A DNA stretch of 64,000 bases from Gemmatales bacterium (GCA_041640595.1 JBEPZY010000002.1:436651-500650), one strand, 5' to 3'. Counted from the first letter of the stretch, positions 27,544 through 39,184 are shown. Notes: generated by a model not told the origin, from the letters alone. Numbers and translations are program-made.

Positions 27544-29358
27544 TCAGGGGTTGAGTGGGCCGAGGTATTCGATGACCACATGGGTGGGACCGGCACGACC
27601 ACCGTTGAGGCGGATTTCCAATCGTCCTTCTCCTTCCTGAAACTGGCAGTTATCGAGCACCAACTGCTGCTTCTGACCATCGCCTTTGCCGTTTTGCAAA
27701 GACGGACGGGCGGGGGCAAATTCCATTTCCCAACTTTGGATGGGCATGCCGGCGTAGATGGTCAACCGGTAGCGACCAGGACGGGCAACACGCAGTTCCC
27801 AGTGGCCGAGGCTGTCGGGATTCCAGCCGGCTCGCGCACCACGCCAATCCTGACGGCTCAGCCGAGCCGAAGGAACCTGCGGACTGCCGATCACAATCCG
27901 CGGCGGATCGAAACCAGCCCGGGTTACATCCTCGAACCAGCGTTCATATTCGCGCTTCAGTTCCGCCACAATTTCGGGCTTGTCGGCCGCCAGGTCGTGT
28001 TGTTCGTAAGGGTCTGCCAGCAAGTCGAACAATTCGTAGCGGGGCTGCCAGTTGGAACCGGGAGCAGTACCGGCAGCCTGCACCAGTTTGTAACGCGGAC
28101 CACGAACGGCGAATGCCCGGTATTTCTCCGGGCGATCTCCCCGATGCCACTGGAAGAACAGATAGCGGTCGGGCCAGGGACGTTTCGGGTCGCGCAGGTG
28201 GTCGGCGAAGCTCCGCCCATCGCAAACTCCTTTCCAGGGAATGCCGCACAACTGACACAAAGTCGGTGCCAGGTCAATATGAGCCAGGGGCATATCCAGC
28301 ACTTGCCCGCCAGGCCAGCGTCCGGTCCAGCGGATGAAACAGGGAACGCGGATACCTCCTTCGTACACCGACCCTTTGCGGTCACGCAGACCGCCATTCC
28401 ACCGTACCCCGCCGGGGCCGTTGTCGGTCAGGAACACGACGACGGTTTGCTCGGCCAGTTTCAGTTCGTCGAGCGTCTGCAGAAGCCGGCCGATGTTGTA
28501 ATCCAGGTTCTCGATCATGCCATAAGCCAGGGCGATCGCTTCCGTGTCCAGCTTCTTGGTGGTCGCCCACGGCTGGCCGAAACGTGGGAAGGCCATTGGC
28601 GACAAATCCATTTGACGATAACGTGCCGACCACCGTTCCGGCACCTGGAACGGAGCATGGGGAGCGTTGTACGCCACGTATGCAAAAAACGGTTTATCGC
28701 GGTGGCGGCGGATAAAGTCAATGGCCGCATCGGTAAATACATCCGTGCAGTAACCGTGGGTTTTCACTTCCTGACCGTTGCGTTGCAGAATCGGATCGAA
28801 GTAAGCCTTGCTCCGATCCGTGCCGGGTGGATCGCTCGGCTGGGCCAGACCACCTCCCAGATGCCAGAGGGTTTCATGAAAACCACGGTCTTCGGGACGC
28901 AACGGGTAATTGTCTCCGAGGTGCCATTTGCCGAACAGACCGGTACGGTACCCGGAAGCGGCGAAACGTTCAGCGAGCGTGGGAATTTCGGGGCGCATCA
29001 ACGACCGGCCCAGGTAAGTATCCACGATACCGGTGCGAAAATGATACAATCCGGTCAGCAAACTGGCACGTGTCGGGGAGCACACCGGAGCGACGTAAAA
29101 ATTTTTGAGCTGGGCGCTTTGCTGAGCGAAACGGTCAAGATGAGGCGTCCGCAAAACCGGATTACCGTGAAATCCCAGGTCGCCATAGCCCTGGTCGTCA
29201 GTGATAATCACCAGCACATTGGGCCCGGCTGCCTGCAACAATGCCGGTTGTACTGTCCAGGAACAGACCACCAACATCGTAGCCAGAACCGCCTGGCCGA
29301 CACGCTGGGTTAGGACTGCCGAAAGTTTTTGCCCCGCGATGCATCCATCCGATAGCAT
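27544..29358 (-). CDS. Arylsulfatase (Cys-type formylglycine sulfatase)
   Basis: 'PNVLVIITDDQGYGD', CSPTRASLLTG, 'FGKWHLG', 'TDNG', 'KGSVYEGGIRVP', 'ELFDLLADPYEQHDLA'. Start codon uncertain. Confidence 0.93.
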   Translation of the reverse strand: MLSDGCIAGQKLSAVLTQRVGQAVLATMLVVCSWTVQPALLQAAGPNVLVIITDDQGYGDLGFHGNPVLRTPHLDRFAQQSAQLKNFYVAPVCSPTRASLLTGLYHFRTGIVDTYLGRSLMRPEIPTLAERFAASGYRTGLFGKWHLGDNYPLRPEDRGFHETLWHLGGGLAQPSDPPGTDRSKAYFDPILQRNGQEVKTHGYCTDVFTDAAIDFIRRHRDKPFFAYVAYNAPHAPFQVPERWSARYRQMDLSPMAFPRFGQPWATTKKLDTEAIALAYGMIENLDYNIGRLLQTLDELKLAEQTVVVFLTDNGPGGVRWNGGLRDRKGSVYEGGIRVPCFIRWTGRWPGGQVLDMPLAHIDLAPTLCQLCGIPWKGVCDGRSFADHLRDPKRPWPDRYLFFQWHRGDRPEKYRAFAVRGPRYKLVQAAGTAPGSNWQPRYELFDLLADPYEQHDLAADKPEIVAELKREYERWFEDVTRAGFDPPRIVIGSPQVPSARLSRQDWRGARAGWNPDSLGHWELRVARPGRYRLTIYAGMPIQSWEMEFAPARPSLQNGKGDGQKQQLVLDNCQFQEGEGRLEIRLNGGRAGPTHVVIEYLGPLNP

Positions 29359-29943
29359 GGAAGTTCCTCTGTCGCCCTGAGTGGTTGTCGAGGACGTCGC
29401 GTGCTTCGCCAAACCTTATGACCTTGTTTAGGCCGGGTGGCTCGGTATGGCAACCTGGCTGGTTTGTGGCAACCTGCCTGGAATTACGTTTCTGTTGGCG
29501 AGCTCTTCTGTCGGCGAACTTACGTGTAGCTGGCCTAATTGCATTCGACCATGCCGGCGCGGAACCACAGCCAATCAAAGGGAAATGATTACGCCGCCAG
29601 CCCTGGCAACACCATCATCGCGGCCCAGAATCACCGCTATTCAAAAGGCAAGCCAGACCGAAACGCGAATGGTCGCTGACCAGTTGCGGTTGCACGGTTC
29701 GGCCAGAAGCGTTAGTATGAGCGGGCCTGGCTTATCACAGCAAACGCCCAGAATGTCGCTTGGGCACACGACCAGATCAGCGCCAGACCGGTGAGGAGCC
29801 AGTCTTGTCTGGCTACGGAACTGGGCCGATCGCCTCCCGACATATTGCCAGAAACTGCGACCCTTTCGCAGGGATGCGATTCTTCCCTGAAAGCATGCCG
29901 GCAGGTTACGCGGCTGCAAGCCACCAGAGGAAGGAGACAAAGC

Positions 29944-31020
29944 GTGGCGGTAACAGTGCAGCAAATTGCGGAGTGGATTGGTGGGCACATCGTTGGTGAT
30001 CCGCATCGGCTCATTCGTGCTGCACGTACGATCCACGAAGCCGGCCCGGAAGACGTTACCTTTCTGGAGAACGACCGCCCACTTCGTCACGGGGCAGTGA
30101 TTCGTGCCGGGGCAGTGCTGGCCAGGCCTGGCGAGTTTAGCCGCAACGGTCAGCCCGCGAACTCGGCTCGGCATGGCGCTTACAACGCTCCGGTTTTGCA
30201 GGACTACGTTACCATTATTGAGACCAGCGATCCCCTGGCGGCATTTGTGGTCGTTTACCAGCATTTACACGGTTTGCCGTCGGCTCAATTTGGTGGAATT
30301 GATCCCCGAGCGATCATTCATCCCACAGTGCAACTGGGACGGGATGTCGAAATCGGTGCCGGCGCGTGCATCGGTGAGGGAACGGTGGTCGGTGACCGAT
30401 GCCGCATCCATCCGGGCGTGGTGGTGGGCCGATTCTGCAAGCTCGGCGACGATGTGATCCTCTACCCCAACGTGGTCATCTACGACGGTTGCACGCTCGG
30501 TAATCGCGTTATCGTCCACGCCAATTCCGTGATTGGAGCGGATGGTTTCGGTTATCGGCAGCAAGACGGCCGCCATCTGAAGGTGCCGCATCTGGGAAGC
30601 GTGGTCATCGAGGATGACGTCGAAATTGGTGCCTGCACCACCATTGATCGGGGCACCTTTCAGGCGACGCGGATTGGTGCGGGGACGAAAATTGATAACC
30701 TGGTGCAGATCGCCCACAATTGCCGGATCGGTCGGCATAATCTGCTGGTGGGCCAGGTGGGCCTGGCAGGTTCGGTTACCACAGGCGATTACGTCGTACT
30801 GGCCGGACAGGTCGCCGTCCGTGATCATTGCAACCTGGGAGATGGCGTGATTGTCGGAGCACGGGCCGGAGTAATTCAGGATGTGCCATCAGGCCAGCGT
30901 GTTCTGGGCGAGCCAGCTATGCCGGAGCTGGAGTACAAGCGGCTAGTGCTGCTATTTCAGAAACTGCCCGAACTCAAGCAGCAAATCGAAGAAATCCGCA
31001 AACATCTCGGACTGGCATGA
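29944..31020 (+). CDS. lpxD: UDP-3-O-acylglucosamine N-acyltransferase
   Basis: AAGGAG RBS and GTG 29944; hexapeptide repeats; 'IGADGFGY', 'EDDVEIGACTTIDRG', 'KIDNLVQIAHN'. Confidence 0.93.
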   Translation: MAVTVQQIAEWIGGHIVGDPHRLIRAARTIHEAGPEDVTFLENDRPLRHGAVIRAGAVLARPGEFSRNGQPANSARHGAYNAPVLQDYVTIIETSDPLAAFVVVYQHLHGLPSAQFGGIDPRAIIHPTVQLGRDVEIGAGACIGEGTVVGDRCRIHPGVVVGRFCKLGDDVILYPNVVIYDGCTLGNRVIVHANSVIGADGFGYRQQDGRHLKVPHLGSVVIEDDVEIGACTTIDRGTFQATRIGAGTKIDNLVQIAHNCRIGRHNLLVGQVGLAGSVTTGDYVVLAGQVAVRDHCNLGDGVIVGARAGVIQDVPSGQRVLGEPAMPELEYKRLVLLFQKLPELKQQIEEIRKHLGLA

Positions 31021-32009
31021 GCGAAAAGCTGGCTGGCGAGCACGGTGGGCTGCATGTGAGTCAGGACGGGTTGACGTTCGCCGATCCTGATAAGCACGGG
31101 GAGTTCACGCCCGCCACTCGTGACATGCACGAGGGGCTTACGCTCCCCGCTCCGGAAGAGCCGATCGGGTTGCTGGCAGGCAGCGGGCAATTACCGCTGG
31201 TTATCGCTGCTTCGCTTCAGCAACGGGGTCGGCGCGTGGTTTGCGTGGCCATTCGGGAAGAAGCGGATCCGCAATTGCAAAAGCTGTGCTGGCGCTTTTA
31301 CTGGACGGGTTTGACCAAGTTGGGCCGCATGATTCGCTGTTTCCGTCGCGAAAGAGTGCGACGCATCCTGCTGGCCGGGAAAGTGCACAAAGCGAGAATG
31401 TTTACGCCCTGGCGGGCTTGGCGACTGTTGCCGGACTGGCGTGGTATCGTTTTCTGGTTGTTTCGCCGCAACCGCCACGACCAGCGCGACGACGCGATCA
31501 CTTTGCAAATCCTTGGCGAATTCGAGAGGGAAGGGATGACCTTCGAGCCCGCCGTGAAATGGTGTCCGGAATTGCTGGCGCCTGCCGGAGTGCTCACCCG
31601 CCGACAACCGGGCAAAGAACAATGGGCGGATATTCGCTTTGGCTGGCGGCTGGCACGCGAAATTGGCCGACTGGATATTGGCCAGAGCATCCTGGTCAAA
31701 GAGGGGGCGGTGCTGGCGGTGGAGGCTCTGGAAGGGACTGACCAGGCTATTCTGCGTGCCGGTCAGTTGTGTCCGAGCGGCGGGTTCACGCTCGTGAAAG
31801 TAGCCAAGCCCCAGCAGGATCCCCGTTTCGACCTGCCCACCATCGGGCCGGATACTGTCCGGGCCATGCATCGAGCCGGCGGTCGTGTGATCGCTATCGA
31901 GGCCGGCAAAACTATTCTCGTCGATCGCGCTGCCACTTTGGCGCTGGCCGACCAGTTGGGGCTGATAATCCTGGCAACTACTGACGCGGAGATTGGTTCA
32001 CCGGGCTAG
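31017..32009 (+). CDS. lpxI: UDP-2,3-diacylglucosamine diphosphatase LpxI
   Basis: ATGA overlap with lpxD; 'IGLLAGSGQLP', 'DIGQS', 'LAVEALEGTD', 'VKVAKPQQDPRFDLPTIG'. Confidence 0.9.
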   Translation: MSEKLAGEHGGLHVSQDGLTFADPDKHGEFTPATRDMHEGLTLPAPEEPIGLLAGSGQLPLVIAASLQQRGRRVVCVAIREEADPQLQKLCWRFYWTGLTKLGRMIRCFRRERVRRILLAGKVHKARMFTPWRAWRLLPDWRGIVFWLFRRNRHDQRDDAITLQILGEFEREGMTFEPAVKWCPELLAPAGVLTRRQPGKEQWADIRFGWRLAREIGRLDIGQSILVKEGAVLAVEALEGTDQAILRAGQLCPSGGFTLVKVAKPQQDPRFDLPTIGPDTVRAMHRAGGRVIAIEAGKTILVDRAATLALADQLGLIILATTDAEIGSPG

Positions 32010-32154
32010 CGGCGAGGCACCTCTTGCGTGGGGCAGCTGTTAGCTTGAGGTCTCCATCGCCGTCATGACCGAATTAGCAAGGCACCGTTTTGCGTAGGTC
32101 GGCCGGCCAGTAGCAGCCACCATAGCGATCAGGCACGGTTTAGCCCGGGCACCA

Positions 32155-34581
32155 TTAGCTATCGGGCGGGCATTCCGAGGCGATGCGGCGATAGATTTCC
32201 CGAGCGCGATCAAACGCACGACGGGCTTCCTCTCGCTCGGCCGGAGCGATCATCTGATGCCGCGCTCGCCACAACTGTTCGATACATTCCTGGCACCATA
32301 GCGCACTTTTGCGAGAAGCGCGAATCGGTTGACCAGCCACCAGCACATCCACCGGATTCGTGTGCAACTGTGGGAAACTGCGCAGCGCCACCCAGCTACT
32401 GCGCTGGATGGGGATGCGGAATTCGAGATCGTGAATCCGATCGTCCGCCGGTACGATCGCCTGGGCCACCGGCCGGCCGTTGACTACGACCTCTACCAGA
32501 CGTTTATCAGCAGCCAGCACCGCTCCACCTTTGGCGGTACCCAGCGGCAGTTGGCGGGCGAACGCGACCCGGGCTTGCACGCGTACTTCTCCAGGGCCAG
32601 CAAGCTCCACTTTTTCACCCATCATTCGCCCATCCACGCTGAACTTCACCGCGTGGGCGTAGCCATCCGAAACATACGATCGGCCCTGCCGCAAGCCTTC
32701 GCACCAGGCATTAAAATCAATCCGCTCAACCTTGCCAAGATAGACGTAAACACGACCTTCGCCCACTCGGCTGCCGCTGATGCACGGGAAATCCGTTTCC
32801 CCGCTCACTTTCAATGGAAATCCGCAGTTGAGGATGTGGTACCAGCAATTCCATTCGAGCACGCGGGCCGTGTCCATAGCGCTGATAAAATCGCACAGCC
32901 CCAAAGCCGTGGTCACGAAAATCTCCTGGGCCCCGATGCCATTGAGTTCGGGGATGGCATAATGCGGCAAAACCTGGTGAAAGTCTCCCTGGCCGCGAAT
33001 TGTGCTCTCGATTGCTTCGCGCAGACGGGTGTGGCTGCGGAGAGCTTCATCGAAACTGATCCGGCCATTGCGGTCGAGGTCTATTTTCTCGAAGGGTTCG
33101 GGTAACAGAGCATCGGCAGCTTCTTCACGGCTGATGAAACCGTCGCGATTTTTGTCGAGGGCGGCCATCAGGCGGTGGGTAGCATTGCCCGGCTCAATGT
33201 GCAGCCCGTTGGCGGAATGGGCGTATCCGGTCACTGCCCCTTGCGCTTTCGCCCAGCGCAACACCGGCGTGGTGTAGGTCGGCCAGCCCTTCTCTTTAGT
33301 CCCTTCCGAACCCGGATAGGTCTGGTCGCGCAAATTGATCAGGCAAACGTGTCCCAGAGCTTGCGAGCCAAACCCGCTCACTTCGATGTCGTATTTCAGC
33401 ACGGTGAACGGCTCGCTGATTTTGTGCGGATGCGGCTCGAAAAACTGCCGCTGGAATTCGAAACAGGGCCCCCAGGTCAGATTGCAACCGACGTTCAAAC
33501 CCTCCCCTTTGACGTGCAGGAACATGTCCTGAGCAAACACTCCTTCGGTGGGATTGGTGTAATGAGCGCAGCCGGCCGCGTGAATGTGATGGTCGCCGCA
33601 GTAATAACCATGCTCCATCATGTTGATCCAGCGCTCCAACCGCACTTCCAGTTCCAGCTCGCCTTTCTCCGGAACGACAATTTCTTGTCGCAAAAGACGA
33701 TATTCCGGCCCGCGACCGTACTCCATGACCAACCGACCCGGCGGTAGATACACCACGCCACCGTCGGGGCGATAAATCTGCTCCTGGAAAAAGAAATCGG
33801 GAGCCAACCGTTTGGCCTGAGGGGGATAGACTCGTCCCAGCGCGTCCTTGAACGTGAACCTGCCCACGGTGGGCTGGCCATCCCAGTCCCGCACCCGCAG
33901 GCGAACCGGAATAGCTGGCCGCACCGTGAACAGGATTGGCACTTCCCCTCGAAAACCCAGGTCCTGAGTACCCTGGCCAACATCGAAACTTAGCGTCGCC
34001 TCACGCTTCCCTGATTCGCTGCTGTGAATCAAAGCCAGGGCGTATTCCACTTTCAACCCGCTCAGATTGGGCGTCATGGGTTGCCGGGTAAACATCTCGA
34101 CATCGAGGAACCGTTGCCGATCTGCAGGCACTTTGCCCGCGGCTCCCCCCGAGAATATCGCTCCTGCTTGCGGACTGAATATCCGCAACGGTTTGGTCAC
34201 CGTGCTTTCGTTGATGACCTTGATAATGATCGGCACATAACCGCCTTGCTGCAAAATAGCTTCGGCTGGGCCGCGTTTCGCTTTCACCCGCGATTCGGGA
34301 TTGATGTTGACTTCGATGAGCACATGCGGGTCGAGCAGCTCCTGAATGCGGCGGGCGTCGCGGTCGCGGATAGCGCGTTGCAATGCCTGAACCGTAGCCG
34401 ACGGCAGGGGATGGCCCAGGAAATCGAGAGCCTTCAGCAGTCGCTCTACGTTAGCAGCCAGTGGCTGGCCTTCTACGTCAACAATCTCCAGCCGATGCTG
34501 GCTTGCACCCGGCTGCACCAGCCAGATAAGCATGGCCAGCGTTGCGCCTGCGACAATTGCCAGACTGCTGTACCGTGACAT
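32155..34581 (-). CDS. CehA/McbA-family (PHP-like) metallohydrolase with EF-hand insertion, secreted
   Basis: Signal peptide; 'GDHHIH', 'GYAH', 'WYHILNCGFPLKVSGETDFPC', 'GRVY', 'HTNP'; two EF-hand loops. Confidence 0.85.
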   Translation of the reverse strand: MSRYSSLAIVAGATLAMLIWLVQPGASQHRLEIVDVEGQPLAANVERLLKALDFLGHPLPSATVQALQRAIRDRDARRIQELLDPHVLIEVNINPESRVKAKRGPAEAILQQGGYVPIIIKVINESTVTKPLRIFSPQAGAIFSGGAAGKVPADRQRFLDVEMFTRQPMTPNLSGLKVEYALALIHSSESGKREATLSFDVGQGTQDLGFRGEVPILFTVRPAIPVRLRVRDWDGQPTVGRFTFKDALGRVYPPQAKRLAPDFFFQEQIYRPDGGVVYLPPGRLVMEYGRGPEYRLLRQEIVVPEKGELELEVRLERWINMMEHGYYCGDHHIHAAGCAHYTNPTEGVFAQDMFLHVKGEGLNVGCNLTWGPCFEFQRQFFEPHPHKISEPFTVLKYDIEVSGFGSQALGHVCLINLRDQTYPGSEGTKEKGWPTYTTPVLRWAKAQGAVTGYAHSANGLHIEPGNATHRLMAALDKNRDGFISREEAADALLPEPFEKIDLDRNGRISFDEALRSHTRLREAIESTIRGQGDFHQVLPHYAIPELNGIGAQEIFVTTALGLCDFISAMDTARVLEWNCWYHILNCGFPLKVSGETDFPCISGSRVGEGRVYVYLGKVERIDFNAWCEGLRQGRSYVSDGYAHAVKFSVDGRMMGEKVELAGPGEVRVQARVAFARQLPLGTAKGGAVLAADKRLVEVVVNGRPVAQAIVPADDRIHDLEFRIPIQRSSWVALRSFPQLHTNPVDVLVAGQPIRASRKSALWCQECIEQLWRARHQMIAPAEREEARRAFDRAREIYRRIASECPPDS

Positions 34582-34816
34582 AACTCATCCTCCCGTGCGT
34601 AGCCGGTTCCGCTTCGCCCCGAAGCCCATGCTTGCTGGAGCCTAAACTACTCCACCGGAGCTATGAGGGCAACCATGGTGCACCTGGTGTCCTGGATTTC
34701 GGCAGGGTTGTTGAGCTTCAAGAGCACCAGCAGCGAGGAGGCTGCGACCGCGCTTGCTCAACTCGGTCTAACCGATTATTGTGCTGCCAAAGCAGCAGTA
34801 ACGAGCACGGATGGTT

Positions 34817-35767
34817 TCACGATTGCTTCGTGATTTCGGCAATGCTGTAAAAGTCTTCGTCGCGGCTTTGATAGGCGGTGATCAACTCGGCCAGGAAACC
34901 AATGGACATCATTTGCGATCCCAGCAAAATGGCAGCCACCGAATAAATCAACAGTGGTCGCGTATGAAGCGGCGCGAACTCATAGCCCCCGAATTGAGTC
35001 AGTATCCATTGCACCGTGAGATACACCAGACCCGCAAAACCGAGCGATGCTAAAAGAATACCCACCGTGCCGAGCAAATGTTGGGGCCGCCGACCATATC
35101 GGGTCAGGAACTGCACGGTCATCAGATCGAGGAACCCCTTGATAAACCGACTCGCACCGTATTTCGAATATCCGAAAGTTCGAGGTCGGTGCTGGACCAC
35201 CACCTCGCCGACTCGAAAACCGCGGGCGGCGGCCAGAACGGTAACAAATCGGTGCAGTTCGCCGTAAAGACGAATTTCGCGGAATACTTCGGCACGCCCT
35301 AACTTGAGACCGCAGTTATGGTCGTGTAAGTGTACTCCTGTCCACTTGCTAACCAGCCAGTTGAAAACGCGGCTGGGAATCACTTTATGCCAGGGGTCGT
35401 AACGCACCTTTTTCCAACCCGTGACCAGGTCGTAGCCCTTCTGGAGTTCGTCGAAGAGGCGGGGAATTTCACCGGGATCGTCCTGCAAATCGGCGTCGAG
35501 GGTGCAAATCCATTCTCCCCGAGCTTGGCGGATACCGGCAGCGAGTGCGGCAGCCTTGCCGAAATTACGACGAAAGCGAATCCCCGTGATTCGCGCATCC
35601 TGCTGCGCCAGCTGGCCTATCACCGACCATGACCCATCCGTGCTCCCGTCGTCCACAAAGATGAACTCCATTTCCCAGGCGTGTTTAGCCGCAACTTCTG
35701 CCAGTTCACGAGCCAGTTGTTCTAAGCTGGCCTCTTCGTTATAGACGGGAATAATTACTGAAATCAC
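34817..35767 (-). CDS. Glycosyltransferase family 2 (polyprenol-phosphate glycosyltransferase/ArnC-like)
   Basis: 'SVIIPVYNEE', 'VDDGSTDGS', 'RRNFGKAAAL', 'LDADLQDDP', 'GELHRF'; two C-terminal TM helices. Confidence 0.92.
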   Translation of the reverse strand: MISVIIPVYNEEASLEQLARELAEVAAKHAWEMEFIFVDDGSTDGSWSVIGQLAQQDARITGIRFRRNFGKAAALAAGIRQARGEWICTLDADLQDDPGEIPRLFDELQKGYDLVTGWKKVRYDPWHKVIPSRVFNWLVSKWTGVHLHDHNCGLKLGRAEVFREIRLYGELHRFVTVLAAARGFRVGEVVVQHRPRTFGYSKYGASRFIKGFLDLMTVQFLTRYGRRPQHLLGTVGILLASLGFAGLVYLTVQWILTQFGGYEFAPLHTRPLLIYSVAAILLGSQMMSIGFLAELITAYQSRDEDFYSIAEITKQS

Positions 35768-35897
35768 AGCAGGCTAATCTCCGGCACTCCCTGTTCGTGA
35801 TACAGCCTGAATCGTTATAGCAAGTCCTATCTCGGCAAGCATCCCGAATTAGTTTAGTTTCCACGCCGACGGAAGCGGTATTCTGTTCGGGCAAAAA

Positions 35898-36914
35898 TCA
35901 ATCGCGGCGAGCTGGATTATTTCTGGGCAGGCAAAGCAGACATGTTCTCAACCAATCGGGCGCCATCAGAGCCACAGCCACCAGCACTTCGCTGGCGATC
36001 CAGACCAGCCTTAACACAACAGCCATCAAAGCTGCCTGCGGTGCTGTGATTACGCCGACGCCAGCCAGAATCCAGGCCAGGATTCCTTCGCGCACGCCGA
36101 AGCCTCCCGGCAGCAGGCTGACAAATCCCAGCACCACGGCGGCACTAATACTCAGCGTTACCAGCCCCAGCAGCTCGGTGGAAAAGTTCGCGGGTATCAT
36201 AGCCTTCAGTGCCAGCCAGGCGCTCAGGCCTAACAGCCACCAGTTGACTATGCCAACGGCCAATCCCGTTAGCAAAGCATTGTAACTTAGTCCCCAGGTG
36301 ATCGGTGCGCTGGTGTGATTGCGCAGTACCAACCAGCGCGCCAGCCGATTGAATCCCGCCGGCACTAGTGGGAACAGCATGGCCAGGCCTAACAGGATGA
36401 ACCCGCCGGCAGCTAACCAGGTAGGCCAATCCGAAATCAGGGAGGAGTTTCCGAAAATTTGTACCAGTTGCGGAGCTAATTGCTGCGCCTGTGGCTGAAA
36501 CAGGAGAAATCCGGCCACGAGAAATGCGCCAGCAGCCATGCAGGTGAGCGTTTCGTAAAAGACGGCCAGGATGGTAGCCGCTGGCTGCACCTGCACCGCA
36601 TGTAAGAGCGCAGCACGCAGAATCGGCACCAGCGCTTTGCCGGGCACGTATTTGCCAATATGACCGACAAAATACGCCCGGAAAACGGCAGCGAACGGTG
36701 TCGGCTGACCCAGGTTGCGCAGACACCACCTCCAATAAAACAGGCTCGGCAGGTACGCCACTAAATAAACTGCTCCGCAGACCGCCAGCCAGAACGTGTC
36801 CAATCGCCAGGCCTCGGCCGGTAACTGCGACCATTGCCGCGCAAATTCCCACGCAACAAAAGCTACAACCAGGCAGGTGATCAGCCACTTGATAACTGAT
36901 TTAGTCCAGCGCAC
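35898..36914 (-). CDS. Lysylphosphatidylglycerol synthase TM-domain (flippase-like) protein
   Basis: 'GHIGKYVPGKALV..LRA', 'LLPGGFGVREG', many TM helices. Confidence 0.85.
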   Translation of the reverse strand: MRWTKSVIKWLITCLVVAFVAWEFARQWSQLPAEAWRLDTFWLAVCGAVYLVAYLPSLFYWRWCLRNLGQPTPFAAVFRAYFVGHIGKYVPGKALVPILRAALLHAVQVQPAATILAVFYETLTCMAAGAFLVAGFLLFQPQAQQLAPQLVQIFGNSSLISDWPTWLAAGGFILLGLAMLFPLVPAGFNRLARWLVLRNHTSAPITWGLSYNALLTGLAVGIVNWWLLGLSAWLALKAMIPANFSTELLGLVTLSISAAVVLGFVSLLPGGFGVREGILAWILAGVGVITAPQAALMAVVLRLVWIASEVLVAVALMAPDWLRTCLLCLPRNNPARRD

Positions 36915-36933
36915 TTAGCCAGTCTCCGCGAGC

Positions 36934-38958
36934 TTATCTTCGTGAGCGGTAACGGGAACGTCTGGGTTTTTTAACCTGGGGCGTCGCTACACTCTGACCA
37001 CGCAGGCGGAAAATCATATCCCGCAACTGAGCCGCTCGCTCGAATTCTAAGTTTTCCGCTGCCTCTAACATTTGCCGATGCAAGTCCTCCAGGTATTCCT
37101 GGGTAACGTACTGGTCCTCGTCCTGACCCGCGATGCGTGTCACCAGTCGGCGTGCCGCGATTTCCGATTCGATGCCGGCCCGGATGGCTTTGCGGATGGT
37201 TTCCGGCGTGATGCCATGCTCGGCGTTATACTTCAACTGCAACTCGCGTCGGCGATTCGTTTCGTCAATGGCCCGCTGCATGGAGTCGGTCACATGATCG
37301 GCATAGAGGATGACTTCGGCGTTCACGTTCCGCGCCGCTCGACCCATAGTCTGGATCAGCGAGGTCTCGCTGCGCAGGAAACCTTCCTTATCCGCATCTA
37401 ATATCGCCACTAATGACACTTCCGGCAGATCGAGACCCTCACGGAGCAGGTTGACACCGACTAATACATCAAACGCACCTTCTCGTAGTTCTTTCAGGAT
37501 GTGCCAGCGTTCAATGGCGTCCAGTTCCGAATGCAAATACTTGCAGCGGATGTTAGCATTTTTCAGATAAGCGGCTAAGTCTTCGGACATGCGTTTGGTG
37601 AGGGTGGTGACCAGGACACGCTCATGGCGTTCGACGCGGCGATGGATCTCCTTGATAAGGTCGGCGATCTGGCCCCGTGCTGGCCGAACATGCACGAGCG
37701 GATCCACCAGGCCAGTAGGTCGAATGATCTGCTCGACGACTTCGCCTCCGCACTTTTCCAGTTCATAAGGCCCCGGTGTGGCGGAAACAAAAAGTGCCTG
37801 GTGAATCCGTGCCTCCCACTCATCAAAACGCAGGGGCCGATTATCCAGAGCGCTCGGCAAGCGAAAACCGTGTTCCACCAGGGTGAGCTTGCGGCTATGG
37901 TCACCGGCAAACATCCCGCGAATCTGCGGTATGGTTACATGCGATTCGTCCACAATGAGCAGGAAATCCTTCGGGAAAAAGTCAATCAACGTATAAGGCG
38001 GTTCGCCCGGCTTTCGGCCACTAAGCCAGCGACTATAGTTTTCGATGCCAGGGCAGTGGCCGGTCTCTAATAACATTTCCATGTCGTAGCGTGTGCGGGC
38101 TTGCAGTCGCTGGGCCTCTAATAACTTGCCCTGCTCCTTGAACCAGCGGACACGCTCCTCCAGTTCCTGAGCGATGCCCTCCACCGCCTGACGGATGCGC
38201 TCTTCCGGTGTGACGAAATGTTTCGCGGGGTAAATATAGACTTCTTCCAGCGGCCGTAAGGTTTCGCCACTAACGGGGTGAATTGCAGCGAGGTATTCGA
38301 TTTCGTCCCCGAACATTTCGATGCGGAGGGCGTATTCTTCGTAGGCCGGCCAAATTTCGACAATGTCACCGCGGACGCGAAACTTGCCTCGGCTGAGTGT
38401 GGTATCGTTGCGCTCGTATTGAATATCCACGAGTTTGAGTAACAATTCGTCGCGATCCACCAGGGCACCGACGCGGAGGTAAATCATCATTTGCTTGTAA
38501 TCAGCCGGAGAACCCAGGCCGTAAATGCAGGAAACGCTGGCAACAATAATCACGTCCTCCCGGCTCATCAATGCGCTGGTGGCGGCCAGCCGCAGACGAT
38601 CTATCTCCTCGTTAATCGAGGCGTCCTTTTCAATGTAGATGTCGCGCTGGGGAATATAGGCTTCGGGCTGGTAGTAGTCGTAGTAGCTGATGAAGTAATG
38701 GACAGCGTTGCGGGGAAAGAATTCCTTGAATTCGCTGTAGAGTTGAGCGGCCAGGGTTTTGTTGTGGGACATAACCAGAGTAGGTTTGTTGAGAGCAGCG
38801 ATGACATGGGCCATGGTGAAGGTCTTGCCGCTGCCGGTCACTCCGAGCAACGTTTGAAAGCGTTTCCCCTGGCGGAATCCCTCTACCAGCTGGGCAATCG
38901 CTTTGGGTTGATCGCCGGCTGGCTGAAACTCGCTGACCAGTTCAAAGCGTGGCGGCAT
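36934..38958 (-). CDS. uvrB: Excinuclease ABC subunit B
   Basis: 'PAGDQPKAI', 'LGVTGSGKT', '[10 protein letters not shown]', 'DESH', '[12 protein letters not shown]', C-terminal UVR domain. Confidence 0.98.
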   Translation of the reverse strand: MPPRFELVSEFQPAGDQPKAIAQLVEGFRQGKRFQTLLGVTGSGKTFTMAHVIAALNKPTLVMSHNKTLAAQLYSEFKEFFPRNAVHYFISYYDYYQPEAYIPQRDIYIEKDASINEEIDRLRLAATSALMSREDVIIVASVSCIYGLGSPADYKQMMIYLRVGALVDRDELLLKLVDIQYERNDTTLSRGKFRVRGDIVEIWPAYEEYALRIEMFGDEIEYLAAIHPVSGETLRPLEEVYIYPAKHFVTPEERIRQAVEGIAQELEERVRWFKEQGKLLEAQRLQARTRYDMEMLLETGHCPGIENYSRWLSGRKPGEPPYTLIDFFPKDFLLIVDESHVTIPQIRGMFAGDHSRKLTLVEHGFRLPSALDNRPLRFDEWEARIHQALFVSATPGPYELEKCGGEVVEQIIRPTGLVDPLVHVRPARGQIADLIKEIHRRVERHERVLVTTLTKRMSEDLAAYLKNANIRCKYLHSELDAIERWHILKELREGAFDVLVGVNLLREGLDLPEVSLVAILDADKEGFLRSETSLIQTMGRAARNVNAEVILYADHVTDSMQRAIDETNRRRELQLKYNAEHGITPETIRKAIRAGIESEIAARRLVTRIAGQDEDQYVTQEYLEDLHRQMLEAAENLEFERAAQLRDMIFRLRGQSVATPQVKKPRRSRYRSRR

Positions 38959-39155
38959 GGCTTTAGAGTTCTCGTTTTTGCATGTCAGGCAGGCGGTTGG
39001 CAAAAGCTCCAGGCGAGTCAGGTGGCGGCATGGCTTGCCGGATTTCCTTTGTGCATGGACGGCGGTCGTTCTTTCTGCAATTATAATTGGGCCTGCGAAG
39101 TGTGGCTGGCGGGCCAGACTTCTTCTTTTTTCGCCGATAGAATTGGCCCGGTGCC

Positions 39156-39184
39156 TTGACCAGCGGGCGCTTCGCTTCTACAGT
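39156..39184 (+). promoter_or_regulatory. Putative sigma-70 promoter of tex
   Basis: TTGACC-N17-TACAGT. Confidence 0.4.

Noticed and set aside
27580..29313. 577-aa plus-strand ORF
   Set aside because: Antisense shadow of the arylsulfatase, typical of GC-rich codon bias.
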